A stretch of DNA of 64,000 nucleotides from Cyanophora paradoxa CCMP329 (Eukaryota > Plantae > Glaucophyta): the NCBI GenBank assembly GCA_004431415.1, contig QPMI01000188.1, positions 103,201 to 167,200 on the forward strand, given 5' to 3'. Every line of letters begins with the position of its first letter. Within the stretch, counting starts at the first letter, position 1. Position numbers and translations under genes: made by a program. A model generated the notes under the pieces. It made no database searches and was not told the origin of the DNA. It saw only the letters and a program-made list of their open reading frames with translations. Of the stretch, positions 52,994-64,000 are shown in pieces.

Positions 52994-54040
52994 CTACTCC
53001 TCCTTGGGCTTGAGGGCGTGCGCCTCCGCCGCCTCCCGCGAGTCTGCGCCCTCCTTGCGGGCCCCGGCCCCCGGACCCGCCTTGGCCGTCTCGTCGTACG
53101 CAACATTCGCGGCGGCGAGGGCGACGCCCTGCGAAGCTTAAGCTTAAGAAGCTTAAGCGCCGGGCCGGGCAGGCGCTAGGCCGGGGCGCGCGCGCGCGCC
53201 TGGGCGAGGGCGGTCGGCAGGCCCGTGGAGACGGGCTCCCCGTGCGCCAGGTTCGTCGTCAGCGTGCTCGCCACCGACGCCCCCAGCGTCTTCCCCGTCT
53301 GCAGGAGGGCCTGCACGGAGCGCAACCAAAGGGTAGAGAAGGAACTCGGAAGGAAGGAAGGGGCGTGCACACGTCGCCAGAGATCACGTCGGTCTTGGGC
53401 CCCAGGCGCTTCTTCATCCGCCCCTCGATCATCTCGCTCGCAATCCGCCTGCGATGGAATGATCGTGATTCAGAGAGCTTGAACTTCATATATGCATGAT
53501 GTGCAGCGCGCGGCTGGAGGATCCCGCGTACGCACCCCACAATGCCCGATGCAGCGCCAGAGGCGATGTCCAGTATGTAGCTCGCCCAGGAAAAATTGCC
53601 TGCGCGCACGTCACGCTTAGCCGCAAAAATCGCACCGCGATATCGAGTCGTCGCGGCGCGCGCACGAATGCCGTGCGAGTAGAGGGATCCGAGGGCGGCG
53701 ATGGCGGCCCCGAAGAGCGCGGCTGCGGGCGAACGTTAACGTCGGCTGAAGCGGGCGCAGGAGCGCGCAGCGCTGTCGCGCGCACCAGCCGTGAGGCGCT
53801 GCCCGAACCAGTGCGAGAGTCCTGCATGCAAATTTCGTCAGCGTCGTGCACGTGGCGCCACGAAACTGAAGCAGAGAGCGCGCCACCGGCGGCGAGGGCC
53901 ACGAAGAGCAGGAAGGAAGCTTCGAAGAACGCCATAATCGCCCCCCAGAAGCTGAGCGCGTCCTTGCCGATCCCGAGCCCCGCGAGGAACGCGCGCCACG
54001 GGCTCGTCGCGTAATAGAAGAGATCTCCTACGATGGTCAT
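52994..54040 (-). CDS. Uncharacterised membrane protein
   Basis: MTIVGDLFYY...FWGAIMAFFEASFLLFVALAAGG hydrophobic exon; spliced chain to ...AHALKPKEE*. Confidence 0.6.
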
Positions 54041-54519
54041 TCTAGATCTCAGCCGCTGTTGTTGAGCGCGCGTGCTGACGAAGCTGCTGCTCCCGCTTCT
54101 GTACGTCACGGCGTGTTGAGATCGAGAGGAATTGCAACGAATCGAAGGGGAGACATGTACACATCGAGATCCAGCTAGAGGAACAAGCTATAGATCCAGA
54201 GAGGGGCACGCGAGAAGAATTAAAAGAGGGGGCACTAGCATGCGCGCGAAGGGGAAATTAAAGGAGGGCATCGCGCAGGGTGGCGCATCGCGAGATGAAC
54301 TTGTGTATTCATAGCAACTTCGCAATAAGCTAGAGGCCGGAAGGAGCTACGGACAACGTGGAGTCGAGGGTCGATTGCGAGGGATGAGCGGGCTTAGCGG
54401 CAGGGCTGCAGCGCAGCCCGAGGTTGCCAGAGCTCCAGTCTTTCGGCCGGACGCGAAGGACCCCTGGCCATGGAGGGGCGTCGGGTGAAATCGTCGACGT
54501 CGTGGACAGACTGCGCCCG

Positions 54520-55077
54520 TTAGCCGGTGTTCTGGATGTCGCGCCGGCTGCAGACGTTGAACTGCGCATAACGAGTGAGCTCGAGTGCGCGCTGCATAGC
54601 ATCGCTGCCGCGGACCTGCCGCATGCGGATCGTGTCGATCTCACCCTCCTCAAGCTGCTCGGCAAGCTCAGGCAGCGGATACACGGGCGACCTGCGGGCG
54701 AATGCACCTCGTTTCCCGCGAAGATCTCTCGGTAGCACGCCTCGGACGTACACCTCAACACGCAGTTCTCGAACTGGACGGGAGTGAGCGGCTTTGCGGC
54801 GTCCACGCTCGGAGAGGACATTGACAGCAGCGGCGAACCAGCTCCGGTGCGAAGTTCGCGCACGTCGACTTCTCGCACTCCTGCCGCCTCTGCCGCAGTG
54901 CGCGGTCCTGCATGCTGCGTCAAAAGAGCGCCAGGCCACCCCGATTGCGGTGGAAAAGCGGCGCACCGACTGCGAGCTCTTCTTGTTCGACCGCACCTTT
55001 CCTTCCGACGCGGAGACGAGCGCCAGGAGCACGACGGCGAGGAGGAGCGCGGCGGCCATGGAGCGGCCCCCTGCCAT
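54520..55077 (-). CDS. DUF4787-like small secreted Cys protein
   Basis: Signal peptide MAAALLLAVVLLALVSA; ENCVLRCTSEACYREIFAGNE|LEEGEID...|FNVC pattern recalled for DUF4787. Confidence 0.8.
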   Translation of the reverse strand: MAGGRSMAAALLLAVVLLALVSASEGKVRSNKKSSQSVRRFSTAIGVAWRSFDAACRTAHCGRGGRSARSRRARTSHRSWFAAAVNVLSERGRRKAAHSRPVRELRVEVYVRGVLPRDLRGKRGAFARRSPVYPLPELAEQLEEGEIDTIRMRQVRGSDAMQRALELTRYAQFNVCSRRDIQNTG

Positions 55078-55256
55078 CGCACCGTAGCTAGCGGATGAGC
55101 AGTTTCGGCTTGGGGCGGGCCAGAGATCCAGGAGTGACGAGCTTGTTTTCAGTTCGTGTACCCCCAGTCAAAAAAAGGCGAGGTGCGCTGCGCCTCGTTG
55201 TGCTCGCAGCGTGTTGCTGACCGGCGAATCCCGCTCGTGCTCGGCGGCAGTTCACC

Positions 55257-55751
55257 ATGAGCGACCCGGTCGACCCCAAGCCCCCGGCGGAGCAGGAGTG
55301 CCACGCGCCCTGCATGAAGTTCTGGGACAACTACCAGGCTTGCTCGAAGCGCATCGAGGCCAAGGGCGGCCAGTGCACGGTGCGCGGACTGCGAGCAGAT
55401 TGCGCGTGTCCTTCCATCGCGGACCGCCGGCAGTCCTCCTTAGGCCACCGCCTAATGCCGGATTCGAGCTAATCGAAACGGTGGCACAGGCATGGTTCTT
55501 CGACTACCAGGCCTGCGTCGACAAATGCGTGAGCGCCCCCCGGCAAACCTTCGCCTCCGCCCGTGGCGCTAGCACCTTCGCGCAACGATGCGCTGTTCCT
55601 AAGACCTAAACGGAGCGTTGCACCGCCCGCCGTCCCGGGGCCTAGGCAGCTGCGGCCTCACCGCTTCGCCGCCGATATGCGGATGCGCCACGCCCGCCTC
55701 ACCGCTTTCGCCCCACAGGCTGCGCCGAAGGTCTTCTCGCAATTGAAGTGA
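55257..55751 (+). CDS. QCR6: Cytochrome bc1 complex subunit 6 (hinge protein)
   Basis: MSDPVDPKPPAEQECHAPCMKFWDNYQACSKRIEAKGGQCT|AWFFDYQACVDKC|AAPKVFSQLK*. Confidence 0.97.
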
Positions 55752-56244
55752 GAAGCGAGTCGCTGGCCCGCTCGCCGTGGACTTGAACGCGGTAGGGTGC
55801 CCGCTGGTCATCGACGCGTCCAGCCACGACACGCGCGCCGCCTTTTGTGTAGACTAGCAGTTCTTTCTTTAGGGTGTTCTTCATCATAATCGCTTTCACG
55901 ACCGATCGAGCACCGTGCCAGCGACGGGAAGGTCCCATCTTTCTCTCCCGCAGCTCGGCCTTTCCTTCCCCTCGCTCTTCTGGGGTGCTGGCGCCACCGT
56001 CTTACAGCGAATCAAGACCGCTTCCCTCTCTGTTTCCTGTTCAGCGCACGCTGGACGGGTGCGGTTAGACCGGCATCCGCGCACGCCCGCACGCACAAAA
56101 AGATATGGACGATGCATGATCATGAAACGCGCTGCACATCAACGCGGGTCTGCTGAGCGCTGCTACCGGCGCTCGATAGTCTAACATAAGGATAAGAAAC
56201 CGGAGGATAAGATAATTAGGGTACGGGCGCCGTCGTCGTCAGGC

Positions 56245-58857
56245 CTAGGGAAGCGCCAGGTCGGGGGGGGCGTGCAGCTCTTCCAGGCCGATGGTGCCCC
56301 CGGGCACGCGCACCACGCCGGAGCCTGCGAGGCGGGGGCGCTTCACGCGGGGAAGAAGGAGAACGAGCGGCACGAGCGGCGGCGGCGGGGGGCGGAGAGG
56401 AGAAGGAGAGGGCGGGGGCGCACCGCTGACGCGGAGCGGGGACTTGCGGGGCCGGAACATGTCAGTGAAGGGCCGCTCGTCCCGGGGGGTACCGAGCGTC
56501 GTCGTGGGCGGCGCGGGGGCCGCCTCGAGCGAGCGGGCGGAGAGGGTCTCCAGGCCCAGCGAGCGGGCCGAGGAGGGGTCGGCCGGGCGCGAGTAGGCGT
56601 GTGCGTGCGTGCGCCCCGCCGAGCTCGGCTCGGACGCTGAGAAGGACGAGCCGGGGGAGGCGGACGCCAGCGCCGAAGGCGGCGTGCTGGAGGCGCTCTC
56701 GGCGCCCGCCAGCGCCGCCCCGCGGATCCCGGCGCCCCCGACGGGCCCCGCCGGCGCCCCGGCCGCCGCCGCCCCGCCCCCGCCGCCCCAGCGATCGCGG
56801 CCGCCGGAGCGGGCGCGGGCGGATGGCCCGCGGCGCGGTCCGAGGAGGGGGGCCGGTCGGAGGGGGGGCGATAGAGCGTGCCCCCCGGGCGAGAGAGGAG
56901 GGAGGCGAAGGAGGGTACGGGGTTCCCGAGCTCGTCGGGGGCGATGGCGGCCAGGTTCAGGCGGGGTACGCCCTGGTGCCGGCCCCGCGGCTGCAGCTGC
57001 GGGCTGGGCTCCTCGATCCCAGACGTGAGGACGGCCGCCGTGGAGACGGGGGGGCCCTCCTCGCGGGGGGTACCCAGCGCGGCCGCCTCGCAGAGGCTCA
57101 TGACGGGGGGCGGCGTCGGGCGCGGCAGCGAGTGGGAGGAGGAGGGGCCGGAGGAGGGGGCGGAGTGGGGCGACTGCGAGGCGGTCTGGCGCGGGGAGGA
57201 GGAGGCGGAAGCGAGAGCCGACATAGCCGCCGCGAGGCGCTCGCTGAAGCGATGCGCGGCGGCGCTGCTGGCGGAGAGCGGGGGCGGGAGCGGGCCCGGG
57301 CCAGCCACCACGCCCAGCTGCCGCTGGTGCGCGAAGAGCTGCCGCCGGGGCGAGTCGGTCGACGCCGGCTGCGGCGTGGGCGGCTGCGCGGCGCTGCGGC
57401 CGGGATCGCCGTGGGCCGCAGGGCAGTCGCGGGGGCCGAGACGGACGAGGAGGAGGAGGCGGGGGCGGCGCCGGGGCCGGGCAGTGCCGGGGGCGCGCGG
57501 GCTGGGGAGGGGCCCTGGGCTGGGGTGACTGGGAGAGACGGGGGGTGGGAGGGCTCGAGGGCGAGCGCCGGGGCCGTGGCGGGCGACTCGACAGAAGCCG
57601 CCGAGCCGACCGAATCGGACGAGAGACGGTGGCCGCGGACCACAGCGATAGCGGCGGCGGTGGCGGTGGCCGGCGGGGCCGGGGCCGGGGCCGGCGGGGC
57701 CGGCGGCGCGGGGCCCGACGAGGCGCCGGAGGAGCGCCGCTGGAGAACGGAATCGATGGCGGCGTTGCGCGGGAGGGCCTGCGCGCCGCCGCGCTCCTCT
57801 ACGGCCAGCAGCACGCGGCGGCCCAGCTCCTGCGCGGCGCCCAGCGACGCCCACAGGTCCTTCTCGACCCGCCCCGCGGCGGGGGGTTCCCCCGCCGCCC
57901 GCGAATCGATCTCAGATTGGAGACTGCGGGCAGGGGCGCGCGTCAAGGGGCGGGCCGGCCGCGGAAGCGCGGGGCGGGGAGGGGCGGGGCCGGGCCGGGC
58001 GCACAGCTCTAGTGTGTACTTTATGTCCTGGAGCGCTTCCGTGAAGGACTCGCAGGCGGCGAGGCAGACGGCGCGGTTGAAGAGCAGGTCGGCCTTGCGC
58101 ATGACGAAGTCCAGCCCGCACTCGCCCAGCTCGACCACGTCGCGCTCGCCGAGGAACTCCTGCGCGTCCCGCGCGCTCAGCGCCCGCTCGCCGCACGAAG
58201 CCGAGCTGCGCGGCGCACGAGGAAGACGCGGGTGTAGTGCTGGATGGCCGCGTGAAAGTTTCGCTGCATCTGCAGCACAACCCCGAGCATGTAGAGCGCG
58301 AGGGCCGCAAGCACGTGGTCCCGAGCGTAGTCCCGCACGATCTCCGTGAAGTACGACTCCTGCGCCCGCCCCCGCGTTCAGCGCCCTAGCCGCCCGGGCC
58401 GCAGGAACGCGCAGGCCGTCGCCGGCGCCGGGCGCCCGCGCACCGCCTCGGCGAATTCTCGGAGCTTCGTGTGCGCCACGCCCATGTTGAACAGCACATG
58501 CGGGCTGCCGCCGGCATCCTGCGATGGCTTCCGGTTGGCCGACACGCGACTCCACAGGCGGCGGACACGCGGCGCGGCGGGAAGGATGCGAGCCTGAAAG
58601 TGCGCGATTGCCTCGCGGTAGTTGCCTTTCCGGAACTCGTCCACTCCTATGGCCCAGGACTCCTGCTCGGCCTGAGCGCGCCAACGGGGTCAGCGCGGCG
58701 TGGAAGAGACGGCGACTGCCGGGGGCCGGTCCGGCGCACTTGCCGCCACCTGTCCTCCACCCTGAGGCGCGGCACGGGCCCATCAGCGAGGCAGCGGGGC
58801 GGCCGGTGGGGCTCGCGCGTCGCACCAGGTCCAGGAGAGCGCAGAATCTCGGTTCAT
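56245..58857 (-). CDS. p67phox/NoxR-like TPR protein with long low-complexity C-terminus
   Basis: ESWAIGVDEFRKGNYREAIAHFQ|...VLFNMGVAH..L.EF.EA|...ALALYMLGVV...FHAAIQHY|FLGERDVVELGECGLDFVMRKADLLFNRA resembles the p67phox/NoxR TPR region (L.GN..IDY..LGL.FKL..CEVL(Y/F)N). Confidence 0.7.
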
Positions 58858-59085
58858 TCGCGCCGGTCTAGCGATGCCTCGGATGCCTCATGGAAGCGAG
58901 CGAAAGCCCAGGCTGCCCCAGCCACGGGCTCAGAAGCCGCTGTACCCTTGTTCGAAGCCGCTCTCTCGGTTCCTTTCTAGTTCGCGGGCCAGAGAGCGCT
59001 TCAAGAGTTTCACAGGTAATAGTCCCGCACCGCCCGCCCATTGCGCGTGGACCCAGGTGGCGCGCGCTGAAGCACGGGTTGCAGG

Positions 59086-61919
59086 ATGCTGGCTGTCCGC
59101 AGCGGCCTTGCGCGGGCCTCGATCAAGCCGCAAAGACTATTCCGTCTAGCCACCGCGCGCCTCGCGGCCGGCGATGCCGTGATCAATGCCTCGGCCGCGC
59201 GGCCGTCGTCGGCGCTCGTCCGGGGCTTCATCAACGCCGCCCGCCATGGCCCGATCGCCGATAGCTTTAGGTGAGGTTCTCGGCTTCCGCCGCAACCAGC
59301 CCGAAAGAATCCGCCCCTTACTGTCGCGCGCGCGCCCCCGCCGCCACAGCATGCCGAGCGCGCCGGCCCGGTCAGTTGAGTTCGGCCGCCGCAGCTACTC
59401 TTCTCGTGAGCGACTCTCCTCCCCTCGCGCTGGCCGCGCGGCGCCCTGATATCTATCATGCGCAGTCCCGGCGCATCAAGTCGTGCCCATGCCCGCGCTC
59501 TCGCCAACGATGACGGAGGGGAACATTGCCACCTGGAAGAAGAACCCGGGCGACAAGATCGCCGCTGGTGCGCCTCCCGGCGCCCGATCCCTCGCTTTTC
59601 GTAACGCGTCGGTTCAAGGCGACACCATCGCCGAGATCGAGACCGACAAGGCCACGCTGGATTTCACCGCCACCGATGACGGCTATCTCGCGAAGATCCT
59701 TATTCCCGCGGGCTCGAAGAACGTGGCCGTGAACACGGTGCGGGCAGAACGCGGCGCCGGCAAGCTGCGCCTCGCGCATTCGCATCGCGGCTGACTGGGT
59801 CCCCGCAGCCCATCTTCGTGATGGTCGAGGAGAAGGTCGATGTTGCTGCGTTCGCAAACTACGTCGCACCCGCCGCCGGCGCCGCCGCCCCCGTCGCGCC
59901 CGTCCCGGCCGCCGCCGCCCCGGCCGCGCCCGCCACCCCGGCCCCGGACGGTTCGCCAGCGCCTTCTTGGGAGCGAGAAGACTTGTTCTGACTCCTGCGC
60001 GCGCGCGCCCGCCCGCCCGCAGCTCCCCACCAGATCCTGCTGATGCCGGCCCTCTCGCCGACGATGACCGAGGGCAACATCGCCTCGTGGAAGAAGAACG
60101 TCGGCGACAAGATCTCCGCCGGTGCGCGCGCGCGCCCCAGCGAACGTTCGAAGGAACGGAAAGGAAAGAGAGGAGGGAGCGGGCGGGCGGGGCTAGCGCT
60201 GACTGGGCCGGCGGTGGCGGGCGCGCAGGCGACACGGTGGCCGAAATCGAGACGGACAAGGCCACGCTGGACTTCCAGTCGACTGAGGACGGATTCATCG
60301 CTAAGATTCTCATCCCCGCCGGCTCCAAGAACGTCGCCGTGAACACGGTGCGCGCGAGCGCCCTTCGGCCTCCCTCCGTGTCCCCGCTCTCTCTCGGCCC
60401 GGCCAGGCTGACGCTGGGGCAGCCCGTCTATATCCTGGTCGAGGACGCGAAGGACATCCCCCTCTTCAAGGACTTCGAGCCGGTCGCCCCGAGTGCGCGC
60501 GGCTCTTTCTTTCTGCTTCGCTGGGGGTTTGTTGTGGCGCGGCGCGGCGTTGATCCACGCCCGCAGGCGCGTCCGCCCCGGCAGGCGCACCCGCCGCCGC
60601 CGCCCCCGCCGCCGCCCCCGCGGCAGCAGCCCCTGGGGCTTCGGCCTCGGCCGGCCCCGCGCGGCCCGCCGGCGCCCGCGTCGCCGCGAGGTGCGATCCA
60701 GACCGCCCCTTCTTGCCTCCTTCCCGCCTAACTAACATGGACTCGGCCGGGCAGCCCGCTGGCGAAGAAGACGGCGCAGCAGCTGGGTGTGGACATTGCC
60801 GCCGTGCGCGGCTCGGGCCCGAACGGCCGCATCATCCGCGCTGACGTCGCCGAGTTCGGTCCGTCCGTTCCGTTGGACGGCGCCCGCCGCCGCCGCTCGC
60901 TTCTCGCCCCGCCGCCCGGTCTCTTTTCTTTTCTTACGCTTTCGTCCAGCGGCCTCGGGCGGCGCGCGCTCGGCGGCTCCGGCGGCGGCCCCGGCGGCGG
61001 CGGGCGCGGCGGCGGCCCAGCACCCGGCGGTGGCGGCGGGCGTGCCCGCGGCGGCCCTCCCCGGCTTTGGCTTCGTCGACATTCCCCACACGCAGATCAA
61101 GAAGGCCCGCCGCCTCCCTCGCCCCTTCCTCTGCCCGGCCCGGCCCGGCGCCGACTGACCAGCCCGCAGGTCACGGCCCAGCGCCTGGCCGAGTCGAAGC
61201 GGACGGTGCCTCACTACTACGTCACGGTGGACTGCCGCGTGGACGAGCTGACGAAGCTGCGGGAGCGCCTGAACGCTGAGGCCGGCAAGGACGCGGCCTA
61301 CAAGCTCTCCGTCAACGACTTCGTGATCAAGGCCGCGGCGATGGCGCTCAAGCGCGTGCCGCTCGTCAACGCCTCGTGGACGGACGCCGCGATGCGGCAG
61401 TACGAGAACGCCGACATCTCCGTCGCCGTCTCCACTGACTACGGCCTCATCACGCCCATCGTTCGCGACGCCGAGCGCAAGGGTCTCCAGGTACCCCCCT
61501 TTTCAAACTTTCGAAAAACAATTTGATCCTCCGGCGTGGAATTTGATCCGCGGCGGCGCGCGCCGCAGGCGATCTCGACGGAGATGAAGAGCCTTGTGGA
61601 AAAGGCGCGGGCGAAGAAGCTGCAGCCGCACGAGTTCCAGGGCGGCACCTTCTCGATCTCGAACCTCGGCATGTTCGGCATCAAGCACTTCGCGCCGATC
61701 GTCAACCCGCCGCAAGCGGCCATCCTCGGCGTCGGCGGCGCCGAGAAGCGCGTGATCCCCAAGGCGGGCGCCAAGGAGGGCGAGTCTCCCTTCGAGGTCG
61801 GCACGTTCATGTACGTGACTCTGAGCTGCGACCACCGGGTCGTGGACGGCGCCGAGGCGGCCAAGTGGATGCAAGAGTTTAAGAAGATCATCGAGAAGCC
61901 TTTCCTCCTCCTCCTGTAG
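59086..61919 (+). CDS. DLAT: Pyruvate dehydrogenase E2 (dihydrolipoamide acetyltransferase), mitochondrial, two lipoyl domains
   Basis: Two [14 protein letters not shown]...EIETDKAT lipoyl domains; E3-binding SPLAKK...[13 protein letters not shown]; catalytic [15 protein letters not shown]...[11 protein letters not shown]. Confidence 0.98.
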
Positions 61920-62229
61920 CCGGCGCCGGCGCCGGAGCGCCCGCCCGCCCCGCCCCGCGCGCGTGGTGCGCAGTAACGTTATATCGATCGCGATCCACCA
62001 CCCCCCGTTTCAATAATGGCCCCGTTTTGAATGTGATGCAGTACGTATAAGATGCTTTTCAAGAAGAGAAGAGGACAAGTCGGACCACGCGTGCACGTGC
62101 AGGGATGGATAGGGGAGTCGCGGGGGTCCGGAGAAGGGAAGCGGGGCGGGGTTGGGAGGAACTGCGGCGCCCGAGGTCGCCGAGTCGCGCTCGCGCCAAC
62201 GGACGGCGCCGTCCTACAGCAAGCTCGGG

Positions 62230-64000
62230 CTAGCGGGTGACGTCTGCGGGGTTCTCGGCGATGAGCATGCGCAGCCAGAGCGTCTCCGAGAGCTGCGAAA
62301 GCGCGCGCGCGCCGTCAGCTGGCTGACCACACACGCGCCGAGATCTCGCGCGTTTGTATGGGGCGGGTCGGGGCGGGGCGCGCCTGCACGATCGAGCGGC
62401 GGATCCTGGTCTCGTGCATGCGCGCCCGCACCACCAGCGCTCGCCGCCGCGCCTTCTGCTCCGGATCCCCGGGTCGCGCCGGTCGGCCAGATGCGGGGGG
62501 GCCGAGGCCTAGCTAGGGCGGGCGGGCGGGGCGGGGCGGGCTGGCGCACGGCGGCGGCGGGGTGGCCCGCGGGGAAGAGCGCCGCCTCCGCCTCCAGTCG
62601 CTCCGCCTCCGCCGCGTCCGCCTGCCGCCCGCCCGCCGGCGTCAGACGTGACCGACCCCGCCGCCCGCCCGCCCGCCCGCCCGCTCTCACCTCGGCAGTG
62701 CTAGGGACGGCGTCCTGCCGATCGATCGCGAGGGGCGCACGCGCGGGGCGCGGGGCGTGAGATCTAGAAGCACGCGGGGCGGGAGCGGGGGGCGGGGCGG
62801 GGTCGGGGAGGGGTACGCAGTGACGCGCCAGCATGACGAGGAGCTGCTGGCGGAGCCCCTGCAGCGCCCGCCGCTCGTTCTCGAGGCCGATGTACCCCGG
62901 AGGGGGGGACGGCTCCGCGGGGCCCTCGTACGAGGCCTGCGGCTCAGGTGAGGGAAGGGAGGGTGGCGGGGGGGAGGACGGAGGGGAAAGGGGGGTACCA
63001 GGCGGAGGAACTCGAGCATGAGCTTGGGAACGGTACCCTGCAGGGATGAAAAAGCTTAAGGCGCGGGCTCGCCGGCGCCGGCGCGCGCGGGGCAGGGGCG
63101 CCAGCTAGCTGCAGCTCGCTCGCTAGCGCTGCAGCAGGGGGAGCACTAGAGGTGTGCTCGACGAGGTGACGTCGAGCAGCGTCTCTCTCTGAGCAAGCGC
63201 GCCCACGGAGCGCCCCCATCCTAAAAAGCGCCCAAGTGTCCCCTCCTGACGATCCATCCATCCCGGGGGCGCCCCGGGGCCCGCTTGCTCGCCCGCGCAC
63301 CTCGCGGACGTACGCGAGCATCTGCCGGCCGCCGGAGGGCGTCCCCACCCCCACACCCCGCCCCTCCATCACCTGAAAGAAAGCGTAGGTTAGCCTAGCA
63401 AGGCTCGCCGCGCGGCGCGCGGGGGCGGGCCTTGAGGGCGGCGAGGAGGCCGGGCGAGGAGGTGGCCTTGGGCTCGATGCCGAGCCGCAGCACCGAGACC
63501 GTGTCCTCGTACGGCTGCCATCGTGATCAACCAGGCCAGCCCGGTTAGATGGCTTCCAATCCGGCCCGGCCCGCGCGTTCGTTGCGCACGGGGATAAAGC
63601 CGTCTGCGGGCGCGACTGGGCGTCAGGCTGTTGTGGGGGCGGCCGGGAAGGGAAGGGCGGGCGGGGGCAAGCACGCACAGTTGATGAGGAAGTCGGCCTG
63701 CGCGGGCGAGGGGGCGAGCAAGGGAGTTAGCGAGGGGCCGGAGCGAGGAGTTAGAGGGGGAGTTAGCGGGGGCGAGCAAGCGAGTGAGCGAGGGAGGGAG
63801 GGAGGGGCCGGAGCGGCGGGCGTGAGCGTGAGCGCTAGCTAGCTAGCGGCGCCCCGCCCACCCTCGAGTGAGCGAGTCCCAGCGGCGAGCGAGCGAGCAA
63901 GGGAGGGAGGGAGGGGCCGGAGCGGCGGGCGTGAGCGGTGCCGCGGCCGACGCCGCCAAATCGCCCGAAGCGCACGCAAGGGGGGGGGCGGGCGGGGGGC
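62230..64000 (-). CDS. 3' part of a probable SET-domain/Rubisco-LSMT-type protein (5' beyond window)
   Basis: GTVPKLMLEFLRL and YIGLENERRALQGLRQQLLVMLARH resemble the LSMT substrate-binding domain; SET domain itself not seen. Confidence 0.45.
63786..63938. repeat. Direct duplication (~40 bp GGGAGGGAGGGAGGGGCCGGAGCGGCGGGCGTGAGCG) in intronic DNA
   Basis: Copies at ~63792 and ~63901. Confidence 0.8.

Noticed and set aside
17030-56800. Cyanobacterial HIP1 (GCGATCGC) enrichment as a sign of endosymbiotic transfer
   Set aside because: Only a handful of copies, explainable by GC content and the general palindrome bias.
40143-61919. Mitochondrial metabolic gene cluster (AGXT2, QCR6, DLAT)
   Set aside because: The genes are separated by unrelated genes; three housekeeping genes in 22 kb is unremarkable.

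Overview
A very GC-rich, intron-dense eukaryotic nuclear window, not a prokaryotic one. Most ORF-track entries are shadow frames or single exons, so the genes below were reconstructed by eye from splice junctions. About 22 spliced genes are present: GT4 glycosyltransferase (partial), SOUL heme-binding protein, SAM-domain protein, an orphan protein, an atypical Arf GTPase fusion, a small Cys/acidic peptide, a YTH m6A reader, a KY/transglutaminase-like protein with about 9 Ig-like repeats, a coiled-coil+TPR protein, a J-domain+4xFN3 protein ending in SIM and PIP motifs, two small membrane proteins, AGXT2, an SLC45/SUT-like transporter, an F-box/LRR protein, a NUMOD3+Zn-knuckle protein, DUF4787, QCR6, a p67phox/NoxR-like TPR protein, PDH E2 (DLAT) and a probable SET/LSMT 3' end. 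The sequence style suggests a unicellular alga, possibly a glaucophyte such as Cyanophora; this is an unverified impression. Most notable: a very high rate of GC-AG introns (8 of 17 in AGXT2), the J-FN3-SIM-PIP architecture, an Arf lacking the G3 Gly-Gln, a hairpin-repeat array and exon-end duplications in Arf introns, a CCUGUA/UGUA-dense putative 3' UTR, pervasive self-complementary microsatellites, a Helitron2-like insertion, a TA-flanked MITE, and eight tight head-to-head gene pairs. No rRNA, tRNA or CRISPR-Cas was seen. Exon boundaries are manual and long G/C homopolymers may contain sequencing errors.
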